A DNA stretch of 11,441 nucleotides from a virus: the UHGV virus genome UHGV-0368337. The stretch is one strand, 5' to 3'. Positions within the stretch are counted from its first letter, which is position 1; each line of letters starts with the position of its first letter. Below, one piece after another: positions 7,112 through 11,441 of the stretch. A program made the position numbers and the translations under genes. Below the pieces are notes generated by a model. The model worked only from the letters and a program-made list of their open reading frames with translations. It made no database searches and was not told where the DNA came from.

Positions 7112-7507
7112 ATGGCGAAACCTTTTACACACGAACAGCGGGAAGAACTGAAGGCACGAATTATCGGATTGGTACGCAAAAATGAACGCATGACGATATC
7201 GCAACTGGAGAGAGCGACGGGAGCAGGCTGGCATTCAGTCAGACGTTGCCTTGTGGATGTACTGGCTTGTGGCGATTTATACATGTCCGGTAAATACGGT
7301 GTTTTTGCATCAGAACAGGTGTATCGCGTATGGCGTAAGACACCGGAGAAAACAACTGACCAGACATTGATTCGAAAGTTACCAGACGGAGAAATTCGCC
7401 GCTACGATAGACGCCTGAACATAATCTGTCGCGAGTGCCGGAATAGTGAAGTTATGCAGCGCGTGCTGGCTTTCTATCAGGGGAATTTTCAGGAGGCGGT
7501 ACTGTGA
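7112..7507 (+). CDS. hypothetical protein (131 aa), possible winged-helix fold
   Basis: ORF track 7097..7507; preferred start ATG at 7112 with GGAGG 7 nt upstream. Stop overlaps the next ORF. No recognisable catalytic motif. Confidence 0.6.
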   Translation: MAKPFTHEQREELKARIIGLVRKNERMTISQLERATGAGWHSVRRCLVDVLACGDLYMSGKYGVFASEQVYRVWRKTPEKTTDQTLIRKLPDGEIRRYDRRLNIICRECRNSEVMQRVLAFYQGNFQEAVL

Positions 7508-7563
7508 GTAAATTAGCTATCAGGCTTCAATTGTCGCTGGCATTCGCATCAAAGGAGAATGAG

Positions 7564-8148
7564 ATGACCACTTTTACAAAAGAGCAGTTAATCAGTCATG
7601 TTAGTGAAAATGTAAAGGCGATGAAATTTGCAGTAAAACAGACAGCATTCAAAAATTCTCTCGAGGCAATTGAGTTGGATTTAGCACTGGCCCTTGTTGC
7701 TCAGGCTTCGCTGGAAGCAGAGCCCGTGCTTTATATGAATCGATTTACCGGAAAGACATTCTCACTGGAAGAGCAACCCGGTGCTGATAAGGAACCGGAA
7801 ATATACGTGCCGCTATATGCTGCCCCGCCAGACAGCGCCGCCATGCTTCAGGCTGGAAACTTTCGGGAAAAGAAGGGTTCGTCAACCAATAATTTTCGGG
7901 AAATCTCGGAAACGTCAACCAACCATCCGGTAACTCTGGATGGTTGGATAAGCTGTAGTGAGCGAATGCCGGATGACGGTCAGCACGTAATTATTTTATG
8001 TGATGGCGCATTCGTTCTTTATGCGCAATATCGAGACGGTGAGTTTTTTGATGTAGTCCGTGATGGTGATGAATTTTTCGAAACACAGAGCCGCAATGTA
8101 ACCGACTGGATGCCGCTACCAGAACCGCCGCAGGAGGTGCGCCAATGA
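7564..8148 (+). CDS. Ead/Ea22-like protein with DUF551-type C-terminus
   Basis: ORF track 7504..8148; preferred start ATG at 7564 (AGGAG 6 nt upstream); GTG at 7504 is an alternative. C-terminus ...WISCSERMPDDGQ...VTDWMPLPEPP matches the DUF551 signature as I remember it. Internal 32-bp tandem repeat at 7861..7925. Confidence 0.7.
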   Translation: MTTFTKEQLISHVSENVKAMKFAVKQTAFKNSLEAIELDLALALVAQASLEAEPVLYMNRFTGKTFSLEEQPGADKEPEIYVPLYAAPPDSAAMLQAGNFREKKGSSTNNFREISETSTNHPVTLDGWISCSERMPDDGQHVIILCDGAFVLYAQYRDGEFFDVVRDGDEFFETQSRNVTDWMPLPEPPQEVRQ

Positions 8149-8228
8149 ACTGGCCTGAAGCATTTGCAATTACAGGCGTTGCTATGGCTATCACTTTTTT
8201 AGTATATGTTATTTGTCGGTGGGGGTAA
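8145..8228 (+). CDS. small hydrophobic peptide (27 aa), putative single-pass membrane peptide
   Basis: ATG at 8145 overlaps the upstream stop (ATGA) with AGGAGG 6 nt upstream. MNWPEAFAITGVAMAITFLVYVICRWG. Below the ORF-track size cutoff. Confidence 0.4.
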   Translation: MNWPEAFAITGVAMAITFLVYVICRWG

Positions 8229-8263
8229 AAACGTTCGCCGGGATTAACACCAAAGGAGGGAAT

Positions 8264-8368
8264 ATGTCGGATGATATATCACTGGCAATGGAAGGTGCGC
8301 TGGCTGTTATTGCTGTTGTGGGCGTTTACTGCCTGGTTGTGTTTTTGATGGATCGACTAGGGAACTGA
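8264..8368 (+). CDS. small hydrophobic peptide (34 aa), putative single-pass membrane peptide
   Basis: ATG at 8264 preceded by AAAGGAGGG. MSDDISLAMEGALAVIAVVGVYCLVVFLMDRLGN. Below the ORF-track size cutoff. Confidence 0.4.
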   Translation: MSDDISLAMEGALAVIAVVGVYCLVVFLMDRLGN

Positions 8369-8377
8369 ATTCATTAC

Positions 8378-8399
8378 GATATGGGAATTCCCATATCGG
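8378..8399. repeat. perfect 22-bp palindrome CGATATGGGAATTCCCATATCG
   Basis: Sequence equals its own reverse complement. Lies between the second small peptide ORF and the candidate hok promoter; not followed by a U-tract on either strand. Confidence 0.85.
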
Positions 8400-8410
8400 G
8401 TAAAAACGGT

Positions 8411-8438
8411 TTGCGGTAAAGCGAGAGTTAAGTAGAAT
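8411..8438 (+). promoter_or_regulatory. candidate sigma-70 promoter of the hok-type transcript
   Basis: TTGCGG (8411..8416), 16 nt, TAGAAT (8433..8438). Would give a leader of about 170 nt containing the hairpin CTGTCTGCC...GGCAGACAG (8459..8493), as expected for hok-family mRNAs. Confidence 0.4.
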
Positions 8439-8499
8439 TGCTGCGGGTGCTTGAGGCTGTCTGCCTCGGGCATGCCACCGTAAGGCAGACAGAGAAAAG

Positions 8500-8565
8500 C
8501 CCCAGTTAACATTACGCGTCCTGCAAGACGCCTAACATTAATCTGAGGCCAATTTCATGCTAGAC
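8500..8565 (-). ncRNA. candidate Sok-like antisense RNA (hypothetical)
   Basis: Minus-strand promoter-like TTGCCT (rc of 8595..8600), 17 nt, TAACCT (rc of 8572..8577). The transcript would be antisense to the SD and start of the upstream in-frame ORF at 8557 and contain hairpin 8515..8530. No clean U-tract terminator. Confidence 0.25.
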
Positions 8566-8613
8566 ACATGTAGGTTAGCCTCTTACGCGCCGAAAGGCAA
8601 GGAGAAGCAGGCT

Positions 8614-8769
8614 ATGAAGCAGCAAAAGGCGATGTTAGTCGCCCTGATCGTCATCTGTATTACCGTCATTGTGACGGCACTGGTAACGAGGAAAGACCTC
8701 TGCGAGGTACGAATCCGAACCGGCCAGACGGAGGTCACTGTCTTCACAGCTTACGAACCTGAGGAGTAA
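8614..8769 (+). CDS. hok: Hok/Gef-family type I toxin (51 aa membrane peptide)
   Basis: MKQQKAMLVALIVICITVIVTALVTRKDLCEVRIRTGQTEVTVFTAYEPEE shows the Hok/Gef signature (TM helix, TRK-LCE-R-G-EVA-F-AYE). AAGGCAAGGAGAAG RBS. ORF track 8557..8769 includes an in-frame upstream start with its own GAGG. Confidence 0.85.
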   Translation: MKQQKAMLVALIVICITVIVTALVTRKDLCEVRIRTGQTEVTVFTAYEPEE

Positions 8770-8837
8770 GAGACCAGGCGAGGGAGAAATCCCTCGCCAC
8801 CTCTGATGTGTCAGGCATCCTCAACGCACCCGCACTT

Positions 8838-8859
8838 AACCCGCTTCGGCGGGTTTTTT
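8838..8859 (+). terminator. rho-independent terminator of the hok transcript
   Basis: AACCCGC-TTCG-GCGGGTT followed by TTTT, preceded by the strong 3-prime hairpin GGCGAGGGA-GAAA-TCCCTCGCC (8777..8798). Confidence 0.75.
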
Positions 8860-8978
8860 CACGTACTGTGGTTGTGAATACGATCGGTATTAGGCTATGC
8901 TAACAACATTAGCCTGACTAATTTTGTATTGACTTGATTTTTGTTAAAGAACAGGACGGAGAAGTAAGGGTACACCCA

Positions 8979-9245
8979 ATGAGCTACGCACTAAAAAAAC
9001 ACCCGCGATTGACTATTCCCCCTCGCGATAAAAGCGTTGTGGCAGCTCCGCGCCCGGCTATCGATGAAAATTGCACTCATCGTGAGCAGGTGAAAAATGC
9101 TTTCGATTTCGGTTTTCTCGTTACGAGAAGGCAATGGAAGAACTTTCAAAAGTGTAATGATGGGTATTGTGCTCTATGGCTGAGATTGTTGAAGGAGTGC
9201 ACTACCTTTCGTTTGATGATCTTACCGAAATTAATCGCCTTTTAA
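8979..9245 (+). CDS. hypothetical protein (88 aa) upstream of and overlapping the doc-like gene; possible non-canonical antitoxin or spurious ORF
   Basis: ORF track 8934..9245; candidate start ATG at 8979 with a purine-rich GGAGAAGTAAGGG upstream. Overlaps the Doc-like ORF by 70 nt in another frame. No Phd/YefM-like or other recognisable signature. Confidence 0.3.
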   Translation: MSYALKKHPRLTIPPRDKSVVAAPRPAIDENCTHREQVKNAFDFGFLVTRRQWKNFQKCNDGYCALWLRLLKECTTFRLMILPKLIAF

Positions 9246-9661
9246 TTGAGCTTCAAACACCAGATGAACCTGTTAGTGTGCTGAGTGTTGATAATTTAAG
9301 TTCTTCTCAGTCTCGTCCCAGCATGGTTCGATGGTATGAACAGACTAATGACATGTTTGTACTGGCATCAGTATTGATTGAAAGTCTGATTCAGAATCAT
9401 CCATTTGCTAATGCAAACAAACGAACAGCTATGATGGCTGGTTATGTCTTCTTGTTGTTGAATGGCTATGAGTTAACAGCACCAGGCGATGAAATCGTGG
9501 AAATGGCAGAGGGACTGGCCTGCAAAACCTATACTCGAGAAGATCTCGAGAACTGGTTGTGTTATTGGTCTCGTGCGTATGACGGCCGGGAATTATGTAA
9601 AACAGGCGCAACTGTTGTTTTGTATGAAACTATCAAGCTTAAAATAGAACAGCAAAACTAA
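9176..9661 (+). CDS. doc: Doc-family (Fic-fold) toxin
   Basis: ORF track 9167..9661 (TTG); first ATG at 9176. Contains HPFANANKRTAMMAGYVFLLLNGY, matching the Doc signature HxFx(D/N)(A/G)NKR rather than the canonical Fic motif. Size is that of stand-alone Doc proteins. Confidence 0.8.
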   Translation: MAEIVEGVHYLSFDDLTEINRLLIELQTPDEPVSVLSVDNLSSSQSRPSMVRWYEQTNDMFVLASVLIESLIQNHPFANANKRTAMMAGYVFLLLNGYELTAPGDEIVEMAEGLACKTYTREDLENWLCYWSRAYDGRELCKTGATVVLYETIKLKIEQQN

Positions 9662-9675
9662 AGGTGCTTCTAATG

Positions 9676-9697
9676 AAAACCCGCTTCGGCGGGTTTT
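9676..9697. terminator. bidirectional rho-independent terminator between doc-like and higA-like genes
   Basis: AAAA-CCCGC-TTCG-GCGGG-TTTT, A-tract on one side and T-tract on the other, between convergent genes. The stem is identical to the hok terminator at 8838..8859. Confidence 0.7.
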
Positions 9698-9711
9698 GTT
9701 GTATTGGAGTA

Positions 9712-10029
9712 TCATGATATTACCTGGATTCCGTTTTTCTCTACGACTGAAAGAAGGCGAAGAGCGGCACCTCCCGGCCGTTTTACACCACGTTCCCAGT
9801 CTGATATCAGGTTTTTACTGACGTTGAGGTATCTGGCAAAAACAGGTTGAGACAGATGCTCTCGTTCGCGCAGTGCACGGATCCTTTCCGGAGACATTAC
9901 CGGCGCTGGCTGGAGACAAGTTTCATCGAATTCTCGCATAGTCTGTTTCGTTACTGCGCCGATATCATGAAGCGATTCCATCATTTCATGTACGGATGCA
10001 AGCGCATCACTGCGGTAATTTTTACTCAT
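9712..10029 (-). CDS. HigA-like HTH (XRE-family) antitoxin
   Basis: 105 aa; GGAGG 7 nt upstream of the ATG at 10029. C-terminal HTH LSQPVFARYLNVSKNLISDWERG. Directly downstream of the RelE/HigB-like toxin reading frame on the same strand, i.e. toxin-first order. Confidence 0.75.
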   Translation of the reverse strand: MSKNYRSDALASVHEMMESLHDIGAVTKQTMREFDETCLQPAPVMSPERIRALREREHLSQPVFARYLNVSKNLISDWERGVKRPGGAALRLLSVVEKNGIQVIS

Positions 10030-10083
10030 TGGGTACCTCCGTAAACTGACCCTGTAGAATCAGTTGTGCCAGTTGTTCATCTG

Positions 10084-10391
10084 TTAGATTGAGTACGTGA
10101 GGAGCCCCTTCCGAAATGCACTTTCCTCAGTAGCGGTTATATTTTCACGTTCATTTTTTGCGTATGCATATACGAAAAAGGCCCTTGTGCCGACGCGATA
10201 GAAAATGATTGTGCGATAACCGCCAGATTTGCCGCCACCGACTCGTGGCAGACGTTGCTTGATAACGCCGTTACCCAGGTTTGCTGAGATAAGCCCGTTA
10301 TCAGCCTGTTTAACAATTTCGCGCAGTGATTGGTCGGATATTTTGTTTTGCGTGCAAGTCGCTCAAACCAGGCGTTTTTAAAAATGCGCAT
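10084..10391 (-). pseudogene. RelE/HigB-like type II toxin gene interrupted by a -1 frameshift
   Basis: N-terminus MRIFKNAWFERLARKTK from the ATG at 10391. The rest, including the hallmark GGGKSGGYRTIIFYR, is in the -1 frame (...ISDQSLREIVKQADNGLISANLGNGVIKQRLPRVGGGKSGGYRTIIFYRVG...TYSI, stop 10086..10084). Adding one base to the homopolymer at 10341..10344 restores a 102-aa ORF. Confidence 0.6.
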
Positions 10392-10458
10392 TTTTTGTTC
10401 CGTTATTAATGTATAACACATAGTGTTACATTGCGTAGGGATCTGCAATGCCATCAGT

Positions 10459-10488
10459 TTGACAACGTCGCGTGTTCGGGGCTATATT
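10459..10488 (+). promoter_or_regulatory. near-consensus sigma-70 promoter (TTGACA, 18 nt, TATATT)
   Basis: TTGACA at 10459..10464 and TATATT at 10483..10488. Divergent from the higB-like start; faces the structured region and the ORF6N-like gene. Confidence 0.5.
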
Positions 10489-10494
10489 CCTCAC

Positions 10495-10569
10495 GCGCCA
10501 GCAAAACCTGGCGTCGGGATTAGCACCCCGGATATCGAAACGGTGCATAACCGCGCTGGCGGTTTTTTT
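10495..10569 (+). ncRNA. candidate small RNA or transcriptional attenuator (about 75 nt)
   Basis: Starts about 7 nt after the promoter -10. Hairpins CGCCAG-CAAAAC-CTGGCG and GCACC...GGTGC, then terminator-like CCGC-GCTG-GCGG plus T7 (10551..10569). About 165 nt of further structured sequence precedes the next gene. Confidence 0.3.
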
Positions 10570-10733
10570 ATGCGCTAAGCACAGTCACATTCGCGATTTA
10601 TGGCGGGCTGTGTGGGGGAGCCGAAAGGCTCGCCGGATGTTTCGACCGGTAGTGCTAACCCCGCACAGTTCGCCACCACGATGATTAGCACCTGACGGTG
10701 GCGAGGTAAAAATTATCGAAACGCGAGGTCATT

Positions 10734-11354
10734 ATGGCTGTTCAAATTTCTGTCGAAAACCTTTCCCCTGTTACCTATAACCAGATCCCCGTAATTACTA
10801 CTGAACTGTTGGCTCACCTTTACGGAACAAAAATCAAAAACATTTCTGATAACTTTCTGAACAACACGACGCGATTCATGCCCGGAAAGCATTACTTTAA
10901 AATTGAAAAAAACGAATTACGCGAGTTTAAGAACAGACCCGAAACAATCGGGTTAGTTGGTAAAAATGCCCGCTCCCTCATCCTCTGGACAGAACGCGGC
11001 GCAGCCCGTCACGCAAAAATGCTCGAAACCGATCGGGCGTGGGAGGTATTCGAAAAACTGGAAGACTGCTATTTCAGCCAGGGAAAAACAGCACCAACCG
11101 AACAGCAGCCGCAGATTCAGCCACAATTCACAGCCGAAGAAATCATCCTCCTTTGCTACATGCAGCTCTGGATGGAAAAAGCCCAGGACATCAGCAAACA
11201 CCTGTATCCCATTATGAAAGAGCTGAACTCCTCATACACGAACAAGCTGTATGACATTGCGTTTGAGACCATCTACATGGTGACGAAGAACAGAGACGCG
11301 CTACTAAGGAAGGTGCGAATAAGCAGGTCATTTCTTCCCAAGCTGACTCGCTGA
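10734..11354 (+). CDS. ORF6N/KilA-N-like DNA-binding domain protein (phage regulatory or antirepressor-like)
   Basis: 206 aa; GAGG 6 nt upstream. N-terminal region (VTYNQIPVITTELLAHLYG...LILWTERGAARHAKMLETDRAWEVFEKLEDCYF) resembles ORF6N/KilA-N-type phage domains; C-terminal half is Gln/Pro-linked and unassigned. Confidence 0.7.
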   Translation: MAVQISVENLSPVTYNQIPVITTELLAHLYGTKIKNISDNFLNNTTRFMPGKHYFKIEKNELREFKNRPETIGLVGKNARSLILWTERGAARHAKMLETDRAWEVFEKLEDCYFSQGKTAPTEQQPQIQPQFTAEEIILLCYMQLWMEKAQDISKHLYPIMKELNSSYTNKLYDIAFETIYMVTKNRDALLRKVRISRSFLPKLTR

Positions 11355-11405
11355 TTAAAATTTCTCGGATCTGGGCCGATTTTTTTCCCGCAAACACATC
11401 GAATC

Positions 11406-11427
11406 AGCCTATTTAGGCTATTTTTTC
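11406..11427 (+). terminator. weak candidate rho-independent terminator
   Basis: AGCCTA-TT-TAGGCT hairpin followed by ATTTTTT, about 50 nt after the ORF6N-like stop. Short AT-containing stem. Confidence 0.3.
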
Positions 11428-11441
11428 CACCATTTCTGGCG

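Noticed and set aside
6733-7284. 183-aa minus-strand ORF
   Set aside because: Fully antisense to two coupled plus-strand genes; Ser/Arg/Cys-rich composition; no start context.
8557-8613. In-frame upstream extension of hok, considered as a separate mok-like gene
   Set aside because: It is in the same frame as hok, so it is not an independent overlapping gene; treated as a possible alternative start or coupling element.
10472-10684. 70-aa plus-strand ORF in the structured region upstream of the ORF6N-like gene
   Set aside because: Highly basic Arg/Pro-rich product, no RBS, and it spans a terminator-like hairpin; better explained as structured RNA.
10953-11397. Overlapping ORFs in other frames within the ORF6N-like gene
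   Set aside because: Alternative-frame or antisense artefacts inside a well-supported ORF.
1-11441. Search for tRNA/rRNA genes, integrase, att sites and insertion sequences
   Set aside because: No tRNA-like T-loop/anticodon structures, no rRNA-like sequence, no integrase or transposase ORFs and no terminal inverted repeats were recognised.

Overview
This window reads as the early/immunity-replication region of a lambdoid (Rac/phage-21-like) prophage from an enterobacterial genome, followed by an accessory cargo block rich in toxin-antitoxin genes. Left to right: a leftward PL-type operon (N antiterminator with a phage-21-type arginine-rich motif, nutL, several small unknown ORFs, a Kil-sized distal gene); a CI-type repressor (HTH plus S24 peptidase) with three ATAACnnnnGTTAT-type operators; rightward Cro-like and CII-like regulators with nutR; an O-like replication initiator and a DnaC-like helicase loader. 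Downstream, where lambdoid phages carry nin-region genes, there are three uncharacterised genes (a tandem winged-helix-like protein, a 132-aa protein, a protein with a DUF551-like C-terminus), two tiny hydrophobic peptide ORFs, a Hok-family type I toxin with leader and terminator, a Doc-family toxin with an unusual overlapping upstream ORF, a HigB/HigA-like pair whose toxin is frameshifted, a candidate small RNA or attenuator, and an ORF6N/KilA-N-like gene. No rRNA, tRNA, CRISPR array, integrase or transposase was seen. All family assignments come from motifs read by eye and remembered family signatures; no database search was run.
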